The notes beneath the pieces were generated by a model. It searched no databases and was not told the origin of the DNA. It worked only from the letters and a program-made list of their open reading frames with translations. The position numbers were made by a program, and so were the translations under genes. This document shows, one piece after another, positions 48,912-61,907 of a stretch of 64,000 nt of DNA (positions are counted from its first letter, which is position 1; each line of letters begins with the position of its first letter). Origin of the DNA: Xylographa opegraphella (lineage: Eukaryota); contig JALDZX010000009.1 of the NCBI GenBank assembly GCA_022813865.1, forward strand, positions 186,001 to 250,000, read 5' to 3'.

Positions 48912-50549
48912 ATGAGGCCCGGCCTACTCTTGTCCGATTTATGTCTTCTTCGACCATTTTAGCTTATGCGAATAGGTGTCTTCGACACCTACAACTTTTA
49001 AGCGAAGACACGAACGGACTTCCGCTTGCGACGACTTATGAGTCACGAAGCTACGATAATGGAATCTGTACGACCATATGCACGAAATTTGTCTTCGCAT
49101 TCTTTCTCTTAGAAAGGTTATGAGCTGATGGATATCTTCAATGGTCATGCATACGAATGATCTAATACTTTCTACTTGCTACGCGCACTAATCGCTGGCC
49201 GAGTATCGACATGGGTTGCTATTCAGTTTACTGAAAATCTGCTGTTGCTATTGCATAAAGGTATTTGGGATATCCACTGGCCAGTCAGGTCGATGGTCTT
49301 CGCATCTGCTCGTGCAAAAGCTTTTCGTTTGAGATACCACAAAAGTGCGCGTTTGTTACATTCCGAAGCTCGCGCTATGTTTTGTCGATGTGTGGCTGCG
49401 GTCTTGGACATTTTTTTCTCTCTGCTGGTAGACGGACACTTTTTTTTCTCTGCTAGTAGATGGTCTCTTCTTCTCGGGCTCATCTACATGGGAAGAATGG
49501 ATTTTGAAAGTTCACAATGCTTTCGTGCACGTGGCATAAGCTGATAATTCGCCGCGCTGTGAATGATGGTATTCGTAATGCACTATCGTCCTGGCAAAGC
49601 ACCCCATCTCGCTCGAGGCTCATTACTTCGATTTCCGGCTTGTGTGCTACACACCCCTCTGGTATGCTTGACATTGTAGAGACACAGCCGCCATCTTTCC
49701 TCCCCCTTCCAAGCACTCCCCTTCATGGGACGTGTAGCTCCAACCAGCCCCTCCGCCCCGCTCCATATCATGCTACACGCCTGCCCAACCAGCGCACTCT
49801 CCACTCGTCCTGCCCGCCCCGTCCCCAACCACCGCACCCCACCCCGCCCTCACAGCACTCTCCCCCCTTCACCCCCAATCCCACACCGTCAAACGGCCCC
49901 AGCCCGGTCTTTGCGTCCACTCCGGAGTCGGAGTAAATTCTACCGACCCTGGTATTTCCGTGCTGGTTTTGGTTGGTAGGTCGGCCTGTAGTGCCCGCGG
50001 GAGGGTGGAAGAGGTGTTGTGTCGGTGTGGAAGGGTGGAATGGGGATCGCGATGAGGGGGGCGGGGGGTGGGAGGGGAGAGGAGAGGAGGATGACAGTCG
50101 AAGGCATCTGTGCCTCCAGATATCGGATACTGGGCACCTCGTGACCGAGGCTTGGGGGAGGGAGCGCGGGTGGGGTGTTTGTTCTCAATAGCCGATTTCT
50201 CGATCCGCGTCGGTGGCATTGTTGGCTATTCTGGTTGATTGCTATCGGAAGCTGTTCTTCCTACACCTCCTAGAAGGTTTCGCGTGGTCTCTCTCTTTGG
50301 CGTTTGCCCGTATCGGTCGCGTGCGAGATCACGATGGCTCGCGCTTGGAGGCTTACCGCGAAGGGCAGAAAGGAGATTTCTCGGATGTAGACTGCTTTGA
50401 GGGTTCCGAGAAGGTATGGCTCCCGGCGTTCGTGTTTTGAGTGGTGAAATCCAGAGGGATTTCCAACTAAAAATATAGGACGTCGAAGCTAGTGTGTGGA
50501 TATATGGTGGGGCCATAGGAACATTTGCGCTTCGAGTCTTGGTGGCCTC

Positions 50550-53500
50550 TCATGCATCAACTTTTACCACCGTTCGTGGCTTGTGAGCCCGTTTCCTGGC
50601 TGGGAACGAGCCTGGGATGGCGACGTTGATTTCTGAGGTGCTGAGTCCCAGTCGCCCATACGTCGCAGCTCCCCAAGCGAGCAGCATCTTGACTGTAGCT
50701 GGGCTTGGGGTTTTTGTAGGAAGCGGGATTGTGTGCCAGGAGTGTGCATGCTGCTCTTCCCCTTTCCGCCCGTCGCGAACAACATCTTGGTTTACTTCCT
50801 GGCTGTCTTGCGTGGAATCGGGTTCCGACATGAGCGACACTACTTCGCCGGGTTTCAAGGAGTGCAAAAGCGGTCGTAGGATGATCTGAATGGTCGCTAG
50901 ATTCGGTACGACGACTTTTTCGGAAGCCAACAACCGGTCGTCGACCAGCGGCATCGGATCGTCCCGCGGCTGAAACTCGTCGCCAGAGGGAGACTCATGG
51001 GAGACCGGACGCTCGGCCGGAATCTCACACCATCGATCATATAAGCCTTTGCCCGTTTGACTGCCAAAGGCATCCACAACAGCATCGAGTAACACATTGA
51101 AAGCACCAGTCTCGATACGGACTGGTGTATGACTCTGGCCGCTCTGCTGTACCAGCTTTTGAGCGGTTGTGTTGAGCGCACCAGGGACAGACGCAAAGAT
51201 CCTACAGAGTTGGTTTCTTTGTCGCTCTGACGAGTAGTCACGTGGTCGACTGAAGTTTCTCTTCGGCTGATAAGCACCGCTCAAGACACGTTCTAACAGA
51301 TCCTGGGCCCGGCGAAGTGATCGCTGGCTCTCCTCCGCCGTTGTTGCCGAATGCTCGAAGCTGAGAACAGTGGCAGCCAGGACTGTCATGTCGTGAGCCT
51401 CGATTAGGAGCCCCCTCTCTGAAGTGAGGTGAGCAAGAAGTAGGTCAACCTCCTTCAACCTACCGGATCTCATCTGACAATGGAGTATGGTACGAAGTAT
51501 ATCCTCGGTATAGGTTTCTCCAGCCAGGGACATCGACTGCGTCACTCTCCTCATCAAATCCGAGTCCGCTGTAGCCGATGCAAATCGCAGTAACGCAGGC
51601 TGTAGCACATGCGAGCTATAGAGCGAAGGTGGTATGACTGGTCCATCGATCTCATCTGAGTACAAAAGCCACTTTCCCAAATCATACTCTTTTGCAGTTG
51701 TGATAAGATCGAGAAAAGGGGCTAGCGTAGAATGAGGTATCTCGTATTCGAGTCCGGCAATGTCCGCTCTTTCATCTGATTGGTCTTTCTCCGGCATGGA
51801 CTCGTAGTCGCGCCAGAATTCCCGAACACTCTGAACTCGAGTGGCATCAATCCAGTTCTGTAGTCTACGGAAAGCGTTCAAAGTGCCATTGATATCCCCC
51901 AGGCGGATGTATGTTTTCAGAGTCTGATGCAGCAAACCGAAGCTCGCGCCACCGTGATCTGCACTGTCTTCAATGTCTCCACCTTCAGTTGAACGAGGTC
52001 GTCCGGCATCCGAGGGTGCAATATCTAACAGGCGATTGAGGACACCAGGGAGAGCTTCTGGAGAATGGTAGTCAAAAGCAATTAAACGAAGCAGAATAGA
52101 GTTCCAAAACGTATGCATAGAACCAGCCGTCTGACGGTCAAGTAGGGCTTTACAGATGTTTATGTGGAAGCGCACAGCTGAAGAGCTCAGTCCAGATCTG
52201 CTTCCAGGTTCTCGTATCACACTGACAAGACCATCTGCAATAGCAGCTATGACCTCACTACTCACGGTGCGCTCTTTCAGTTCGATGGGAGGAGTATCTG
52301 ATCAATCTCAATGTTGAATTATGCTCAAGACTAGGTATTGCTTACCATCCTTGTAGCCTTCCTGCGTTCCCGCTATGCTGTTGAGCCACCATCTTATGAG
52401 GCCAGAAGGCGCTACGACAGGACCGCCCATATCTTTCGGTGTCGATGCTTGTAACGATCCCCATGTCATCACTTGCCATCTCTTCTCCCCTTTCGCTTTA
52501 ACCATCTCAGCGACCACCTTAGCAGCATCCGGAATCATAGAGCTTTCTACACATGACCACAATACCAGCTCCAGCCAGATCTGAGTCCCTAACCGAGATA
52601 TTCGAGGCTGATACTCGGCTCCAGGTAGTTCGTGGCCTTTATAGACATACTTGGCACCTTTTAAGGCTGCTTCTGCAATGATCGCTTGTTCTTCAGCTTT
52701 CCACACAGAATCAGAGATTACGGTCAAGATGCGGGAACTAAGTAGTTCTAGCATTGGAGGCTTCCGTACGTAAGGTGAAGCTCGACTGTATTTATTTGAG
52801 TACATCGAGTCAGGAATCTTTTGGTAATGATGCATAAGAGCAATGGTACGATGGGCATATGACATCAGTTCGTTGCATCGCTCTAGTTCTGCCTTTGTCG
52901 CTTCAAGTATGAGTCGCGCAACTGACTGCCAAAGCTGACCTACCACATCTCGCATCATATCCGGAGCAATCCCGGCGCCGCTGGGCTCTTGATATTCCGC
53001 GATTTGATCCAGCGAGACGGATTGGTGCTTCAAGGGACGATCAGATCTCGGTCGTAAAACCAATGGCTTGGTTGTCAAAACGTCCAGTGAATCCATGCCA
53101 TACTCAGGGAGCTCTTCTCTTAAAACAGTCTCTAGAGAACTTTCTTTAAGCACATTGCAGCTCAATAGCTCTTTGCTTAGCCACATATAAGCATCCCAAC
53201 GACCTTGTTCAATAGCAACATAGCTTAATAAACCGAGAGTGAAGGAAGCACGAGCTTCAATGAGTAAGGGTGGCAAAGCATAAATTGGTCGTATGCCTTC
53301 AAAAGCAGCAAGATTTTCGAGCCAGTTCTTTGACCGTAATTCTAGAGGTAAGTATTGATCAAGAAGCTCAACCCAAGCACCCTGGCTTAGGCGTCTCGAC
53401 AAACTCTGTGAGGCATGGGTCGTATGCTTCGGGGCAGGTGCAGATTGTGGCGAGGGCGCAGCTCCGTCACGCCCAGTATTGCGATTACCGTGCACTGAAA

Positions 53501-53699
53501 ACTTTGACGACCATTTATGATGCGATGCTTTTATAGAAGTACTCAGAACTAGAGGCGCAAGAAAATCACAAACGGAAAGGCGACGATTTTTCGTACGAAA
53601 GCCACAAGTCAAGGCCAGTCCAGACGAATATGGCAGTCTGGTATGCATCCTTTGCAAAGGAGACAGATTGTTCTCCAATATCAACTTTGGTATCCGCAT
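50550..53699 (-). CDS. Large alpha-helical, probably mitochondrial PPR-like protein, one intron ~52293-52345; start uncertain
   Basis: Two long ORFs joined by a GTAAGC...CAG intron, Arg/Ser-rich N-terminus, PPR-like segments (YTEDILRTILHCQMRSGRLKEVDLLL, GAFNVLLDAVVDA). Confidence 0.6.
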
Positions 53700-54220
53700 C
53701 CATAGGTCCTGCCGGTGGAAAACAATTCGAAACAAATAGCGAATCACTGCTGATGCTTTTACTTGTTGTTGTAATGAGCGATACAATGCTAGCTTATTCC
53801 GTAGCGCCGTACCGTAGGGCTGGCAGTCTCGCCTGAAAACGTCATGCTTGAAGCGCGTTTAATTAGACTGTCACGTAAACCTAGGAGTCTTGCCCAACGA
53901 ACCGGACCTCGCGATTTCGTATCACGACTAGTACAGATGCTCCTATATGCTTCTTTCATTCGGTGCAGCAGACTTGGCAGAGCGTGTTTGATTCTTATTA
54001 CGTACGACTGCTTGTTGTGAGGTCTCTGACACAGGCTATCCATATTATTGAATTTCCACAAATATCCCACGAATGCTGTTCGACGTAAGTATGCTAGAAT
54101 TAGACTACGCGAGAACTCGCTCTCTCTTGTTTGAATCATGCCCAATCATTCTCGATTATTATAGAAGTTATTCCCGTCTGACTGAGTCAGTATCAGCATC
54201 TTTACCTTTGATTCTACATA

Positions 54221-55736
54221 ATGCCCTTCCGTCTCGGTAAGACTCCCATTCAGAACTCTTTATACATACCCTGGTGCAGTGCGGATGTTTTGAAGTCCGT
54301 AAAGCTTCATTTCGATGACCTAATGGGGACTATACAATCCTTATGCCACGATAAGCATAGCACACCACGGCTGGTTACGATATGTCCGTATCAAGTGGCT
54401 GATAAAATTATAGAGTATGCTCCCTCAGGTCGCGCGGGCTGCAAAGCCACCGAATGTAAAAAGAACGGTGTTAAGATCGACAAAGGAGAGCTCCGCCATG
54501 GCACGTTTCTCGAGATCCAGGAGCACCAGAGTTGGGCATGGAAACATTGGTGAGTCACATGCTTCAGGGTTCTACTTTTAATAACCAGAACACAGGGGTT
54601 GCGTCACACCTGTGCAGATTGCAAATCTGAAAAAAGATATTGAGGATAATCTGGATTATCTGGACGGATACGAAGATCTCAACGACGATGACAAAGCGAA
54701 GGTTCGACAAGGTTTGTGCGATCAAGCGACGAGTAAGCAGGGAAATTAAGGTGTATAGCACTTGCAGATGGCCACGTGGCTGACGAGGACTGGAGATACG
54801 TACGTGCAGTGTACAGTCTTACGCTTGCAATCCGCACTGATGACCGGTGCTAGGATGTGGAAATGAATCGTCCTGGTAGAAAAGGCTTCCGGTCGACCGC
54901 GTACAAAGCACAGGCGAGGGCTGAGAAGAAGGTAAGCTGCAACGGAACTTTTCCAATGGAAGAAACTGAGCCGGTTTCCCAAGGCTGCTGAACAGCAGGA
55001 CTCAAGCGCTACTCCCTCCAAGGTCTCACCAAAGAAACGCTCCAGGACCAAACCAGAGGATGACGTCGAAGAAGAAGAAGAGGGAATAACCGAGTCCGTA
55101 GCTAAAAAGAAACGCCCCCGCGTCAGGAAGGAGAATAGCACCCAAACAGACGCACACAACGTTGTGGAGGCACCGCCACAGAAGACCCTACCTCACCCTA
55201 AGAAGGATAGTATGGATGAAGTGAACCATACTACAGATGGAGAAAAGAGATCCAGAAAGTCACGAGCCGCAGTACCCAACCTCAAAGAAGAGACTCATGG
55301 TGGTGATTCCAAGCTCGACATGTCGGTACCAAGAAAAGCCAAATCACAAGCGAAAAGACCCAGTGCAAGGGTGAAAGGGGATTCTCTCGGAAGCGATACT
55401 GAAACGGCGAAGGTCGAAGTGTCGGACGAGGCCATGCTACCAGAGAAGAGTACATCTTACGGCAAAAAGTCGGCTCCAAAGGTCGAAGCTAAGGTTGTTG
55501 GCAAGGGAGGGATCGGGGCCGATGTTCAAAAAGCTGATGGGGTGAAACAGGCAGCAGAGGGCAAAAGTAGTCACAAGGAGATGATGAAGGGTATCAGAGG
55601 ACCAGCTACGACTGTTGAATCTTCGAACCTAATTGTGAGGGTCGACCCGTCCAGATTATGTCGATGCGACTAATATGAGGCTCAGGAAACCAATTCAAAC
55701 ACTTCGACCAGAGTAACCCGTTCCAGAACTAAGTGA
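54221..55736 (+). CDS. PARP-type zinc finger protein with a basic low-complexity tail, multi-exon
   Basis: MPFRL|EYAPSGRAGCKATECKK...IDKGELRHG...WKHW|GCVTP...LDGYEDLNDDDKAKV, typical of zf-PARP. No catalytic PARP domain. Confidence 0.85.
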
Positions 55737-56583
55737 TATGGCCAGATACTGTTGTTGATAATATGCCCCTGAGTTCAAGATTGGTATTTCAGAGCATATT
55801 GGGCTGGTATCTATCTATCTTACTTTGATTGCCTTGGCTTCTTCGACACTTGACCTCAGAGATGTTACTCGTCATTTCTTTGCTTTACGATACCCTATCA
55901 ACCATCACTTTTATTCCTTCTATGTTTCTGGTTGCTCCGCTGCGAGATATGCAAAAAGCCATGTGCGAAATGCGGTAGATGAGATGTAAATGCGCTCTTC
56001 GTGGAAGATTCTCACCGATTCTTCTGACTTCACTTCCAGAGAATTTCCCTTCGAGCGAGGTGGCCTCCTGGTGTCAAGATCTGCGTACAACTGCATTCGA
56101 GGACATTCGAGGACATCTGGAGTCAATAGTTGAACTTCGTGTTATGCGGGAAAATCCTTCAACACAAGTTCCTGAACCCTTCGGATTCAATAGAATTGCT
56201 CAATTGATTCACCCCCTTTATTGATACAAACTATAGGTAGTACATGATAGCAGATTGTGTTTGGCCATGATTGTTCAGTAACCCACAATAGTGAATGTGA
56301 TCCTGGTGGTTGGGTTATTGTAGATGCAATCCTAGGGCAAGTGTGAATGATCAAAACCACCAACTTTTCCCAGCCATTTGATTATCCGACTACTTAATCA
56401 CTACTCATCATTCTCTTTCGTCCTCTTTCATTCTCTTTCATCCTCTTTCATCAGAATTGTCAGAATCATCACTCAACTCACTGAATTCCCCTCAAAACTT
56501 CTTCTGGTAATAACAAACCTTGCATCTTTCACTTGTCCATCTCATTCAAACATAATTCCAACTTTCTAGAAAACACAAACGCG

Positions 56584-59500
56584 ATGGCGTGTGCAGTGGC
56601 ACATCGGCCAGATAAGCCTCACTTGGAGAGCAAAACAATTGAAGACGTCTGCAATGGCTACGTCCTCGGCTACTGCGAGTATCAGGAGGATTGTCCGATG
56701 AGCGCAAGTCATTGCGTATACCTCATTGACGAAAGCGCCCCGCCACCTCCTGCTCCGTGCAAATGCCCAAACGTCCTGTCTTTGGAGCCTCGAACGTCTC
56801 AGGGCAACACCAAGGCATGTTTTGATAACGACGGGCCTGGCATTCTGTCGTCTGTGCAGGATGCACGACATGACAACGACCAGATTTTGATTCAGGATAT
56901 CCAGATACTGCCGACAAGTGACGAGGTGGGTTGACGACTCTAAGATGCCCAAATGATACGACTAACTTAAATTACCTAGATCCTCTCGCGCCGACGACCA
57001 TACATGCCAACCAAAGCCCATGATCAACATCATCACCTTGCCTCAGGACCTGGCCGTCATCTTGATATCGCTTTCCGCCACCTTCGATATGAGAGTGTGG
57101 AGCCACTCATTGATATGTGTTACCACGCCATGCAACAGCTGTTGGTCTCTAGAACTCAGCCAAAACTTCTAGATTACCAATTCAGACTAGAAACCGCTCA
57201 ACGACGTCGATTTTCCTTGCTCCGCAATGTAGCTTTTGAAGAGTTGATGTTCCACGATTATAAAGGTGCTATGGTGCGAGTTAGTTTCGATTGCCCTCGC
57301 GCACTACAGGGGGGTAGGATACATCAATCTGGCCTGTTCGAAGAAGGGATGCTCTGTGCTTTGCTCGGCATGCATCACGAGACTAATGAGCTCACGACGA
57401 CATTTTTCCAAGTGCATCTTCGAGAGAGTACCGTAAGTTTTCCAGATTCAAAGCAAATCCAAGTATGCTTACTTGTCCAGGACGCCATGAAAAGTCGTAC
57501 CGGCAATCATAAACGGGCAGCGGTACAGCTAACTTTCGCCGATCGACATGACACTGCGAGTATTAGTCGCTGTGCGGCCTATATGCAACGTTTGATCAAG
57601 TCAAGCTTCGTGCTGGCTGACTTCCCGAAAGTCCTCCTTGCAGGGTTCGCATCGCATTTGGATCGTTTACAAAAACTGGCACTTGATCCAGATTTTGCAT
57701 TTGCCTCGCGGATCGCACCATGCGATCCTTCTGCTATCGTCCCTGTACTTCCACCCAAGTATGCCACTGGACTCAACTTTCAATACAATTTGCAAGCTCT
57801 TCGAGCACAGAGGGATGATAAAGCTAGCTTCACCATGCGACCAACAAGGCAGACTGATGCCAATGACAAGTTTCAGTTGCTCGTCGAAGAACTTATTTCA
57901 AACACAACTCTTGACCGGGGACAAGCAGTCGCACTGGTCGAGACTCTCAGCCGTGATTTCGCCATGACACAAGGTCCTCCTGGCACTGGCAAGTCGTTCT
58001 TGGGCGTGGCAATAGCCCAAGTCATCCTGGACTCGCAGAACAAAGCGTCACCTCAGGCTATTTTAGTAGCGGCTCAGACGAACAAAGCATGCGATGACTT
58101 TCTCCATGACTTGAGCCAGAAAGCAATCACCAAAATCGCCCGCTTAGGCAGAGCTAGCAAGGCAGAATGGATCAAGCCCTATTTTCTACGAGAATTGACC
58201 AGCAAAATGAAGCTGACCACTATGGAGAGGCACACTGTGCACGTCGCACGTACACAGGTTGACCATCTTATTCGAGATGGGCTCGGTTGGGCCGAAGCTC
58301 TAAGCAAGAAGACACTTGGATGGCATTCTCTCAGGGATCACCTCAAAAAACACCACACCAACATATATGATCACTTTGCGGGCCTTGAACAAATCGACAG
58401 TGACGTAGCCGATTTGCGAAGGACAAAGAGGTATTCCGGTTTCGCTTACGAGTTTTGGGCATCGGGTGGCGACATCAAAGATGTCGATGCATTATTGGAT
58501 GTTCTCGATGCATTGCTTGGAAAATGTGATGCTTCGAACCGGTCGGCTTCCTCGAATTCACGATTCAAAGAGCAGATTTTCGCAGCGGTCAAATGCAATA
58601 CAAGAGTTGAAACTGCCATCGCTCGTGGTGATCACATCTGGTCACTTTCATTCAAAGAACGGCAGTGCCTTATCACTCAGTGGATCGGCGAACTCGATTC
58701 TTGGAAAATCTGCGAAGGATTCGGAGAGATTCATCGCCGTCACCAAAAAGCACTTTCCCGCAAGCAAGAGGCCAATCAATCTATCGACGCGAGAGTGTTA
58801 GCACAGCAACAGATCATTGGTCTTACGTCAACAGGTGTTGCTCAGAATTGGGAATTGCTGAACTCATTGAATTTACGAACCATCATAATCGAGGAAGCAT
58901 CACAGTGCCTTGAATCTCATACTATTTGTGCACTCTTCAGCTCAGTTGAACACGTTATATTGATAGGAGATCCACTACAGCTTCGACCACAAATTACTCA
59001 AATGGCTCTATCGACTGAGAACTCTGACGACTATTGCTTGGATGCGAGTTTATTTGAGCGGTTGATGTTTTCGATGTGTGGATTTCACGTTTCTAAGTTG
59101 AATGTGCAGCGAAGGATGCATCCCGAGATTGCAGATCTCTCCCGTGCCGGTGATTACGATTACTTGGTAGATCATGAGCTCACGACCCACAATCCTCCAG
59201 TCGTGGGCATGGCTGACCGAACGTACTGGCTGGATCATAAGCACGAGGAAGACCAACCAGATCCAAGATCTCCAATGTCCGATTCTCGAAGCAACCGGTT
59301 CGAGGTTGAATTCTGTACTTCAATGGTTCGTTACTTGATTGAACATAACGGGTACAGTATGGGGCAAATTGTCATACTTACCCCGTACAATGGACAATTG
59401 GCGGCACTGGCTGTCCGGCTCCGAGAGACTTGTTCAGTCTTCCTTACCGAAAAGGACCGAGAGGCTTTAATTAGTGAAGACCTACTCCCAGCTGACAGCA

Positions 59501-61907
59501 AACTCGGCTGTGCGAAGACTTCGTTGGATCTAAGTAACATGTTGCGCGTTGCCACTGTGGACAATTTCCAAGGCGAGGAAGCCAAAGTCATAATCTTCAG
59601 TGCCGTGAGAAGCAATATGAAAGGCAATGTCGGCTTCCTCAAAACCCGAAATCGAATCAACGTGGCATGTAGCAGGGCTAGAGATGGATTCTACATTTTA
59701 GGAAATGCCAGCCTGATTGGTGGCGTCGAGCATTGGGCAAAGATAATCAAGGTATTTCGGGAGAAAGGAATGATGGGGGACAGCTTTCGAGCTTGCTGCT
59801 CTCGACATCCCGAACGAACATTCCAGGTATCCAAGCCAGAACAATTTGAACAGATACCAGCTTGCCCATTCATTTGCCTCGAGAATCTTCCTTGTGGCCA
59901 CAAATGTAGCGAAAAGTATGTTACCACCCCTATGATTTTCCATTCTATGCTGATTTCTGAATCAGGTGCCATCCAACTGACATGCACAACGATGGACGTG
60001 TATTGTGCTCAGCATCATGCGAGAAGAGCTTATCATGTGGTCATAAATGCCCTCTAAAATGTGGTGATGTCTGCGGAGGTTGCACTGTCGAATTACCGAC
60101 CATCTTACTTCCATGTGGTCACTCGTATCGCCGCACGTGTGCTGAGGTTACGGCAAACCAAGCCTTCATCTGCACGCTGCCAATCAAATCGACAAAGCTG
60201 CCTTGCGGCCACTGCAAAGATGTTATATGCTCCGAAGTTGCGCAAGCCGACACTTGCAATGAGCAGTGTGGTACTGTTTTTCCTTGTGGGCACTTGTGCC
60301 TGGAATCGTGTATAAGTTGCACGTTGCAAGGAGCGCACCCAGTCTGCAAGAGCTTGTGCGGCTCAAGTCTAGTCTGTGGTCATAGCTGTGACGCGATCTG
60401 TCACGATGGCGAATGTCCACCATGTGAAGCGCAATGTTCGAAGTCCTGTCAACATCATCGCTGTGAGCAGTCATGTTCTAGCATATGCGATCCATGTACG
60501 CTGATCTGTGGACGTGGCGGTTGTGCGCATCGAAAACCGTGTTCGATGCTCTGCAGTCTACCGTGCGACACTCTTCCTTGCGGCGAGCCATGTCTTAAGT
60601 ATCTATCTTGTGGAAAGCATCTTTGTCCTGGGCTGTGCTCTGAGACTTGCCTAATGCAATGCACCGAATGCGAAACTGGCCAATTTCCGTCTCAGCATCT
60701 AGCTCAGCTTTCGTGTGGACACACTTTTGATGTGAAGATGCTTGATACTCGCTGGGCTCTCAAGAATGTATACAAGGTAGACGGAAATGGTGTTATTGAA
60801 TGTGGGACAGTGACACAACTGCCAAAGCTTGGTATTCTCAGATGTTCCGATTGCAATGAACCTAGTCGAAGTACTACACGTTACGAATTAGCAAATCAGC
60901 TTCAAGATCTTACCACAACGATTGAGCATTTCTACTCCAAAATTGGGAACAAGCTATCCGAACTCCACGAAGACTACCTGCATTCTGAAGAGGTTCTTTG
61001 CCTCACATTCCGAGGATTCACTGAGACCCTCAAGCCAGGTCCACTGGGAGGGAAGCACAACCAGCGAGCTATCTGGGTTCGCGGGAATACTATGTTGGAA
61101 ATCCAGGATAGGGCTACAAAGTTTCGCGACGATGTTGTCACGCCTTTCGAAAGCAACCTCGCACGCCTGGCAGAGTTTGTCAAAAATACTGATATCCTGG
61201 AGCATATAGCCTCGCCGTTCGGCGTGCGATATGACTTGGTGTACTTCCAATGCCGATTAGTATCACTCGAAGACGCACTACAAATGTACCAACACCTGCT
61301 GAAGCTAAAGGCAGCTGATCAGCATACCTCTATCATTGCGCAGGGACTTCGAATCATGATTCACAAACAGGCTGCTGGAGAAGTTGTTTCATTGGGACGC
61401 AAGATTATTGCCAGCCAAGATCTCCACCTGAAGCGTATCGAAGTCGAGTTGAAAATTATCCAAGTGAGTCTGCACCTAATTCTAAAAGAGCTGCATGTCG
61501 TCAGCGGACTCAGTGTGTCTACGTGCATGAACGACATCCGCGAGCTGGTTGAAGGATTTCCTGACACGGCTGGCAAGCTGTTGCGGACCTTCATCTCACT
61601 TCAAACTCATGTGGACCACGGCACCATACCGGCTCGATTTGCACGTCTCTACACCGAGGACACCAAAGAATTGGGGGCCCAGTTCAAGCAGCACCAGATG
61701 GGCACAGTTCAATACTGTTTGCACAAGCATCCATTCTCCGGTTCAATGTTTGCCGATTGCCCGGAATGTGGCCGAGAAGTGGCACCGCCTATTCAGCAAC
61801 CAGAAGTGAATGCTCACAAAGTGCTTGATCCGCAGGCATTCCTAGACTTTTTCAAAAATAGGGGCCCACCGACATGGTCGAAGGAGAAGGGATTGACATG
61901 GACGTGA
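56584..61907 (+). CDS. ZNFX1-like Upf1-family (SF1) helicase with NF-X1 zinc fingers, three introns
   Basis: RHDND...ILPTSDE motif, Walker A QGPPGTGKS, IIIEEASQ, LIGDPLQLRP, QRRMHPEI, TVDNFQGEEA, NRINVACSRAR, many LxCGHxC NF-X1 repeats and C-terminal Cys/His motifs. Confidence 0.92.
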
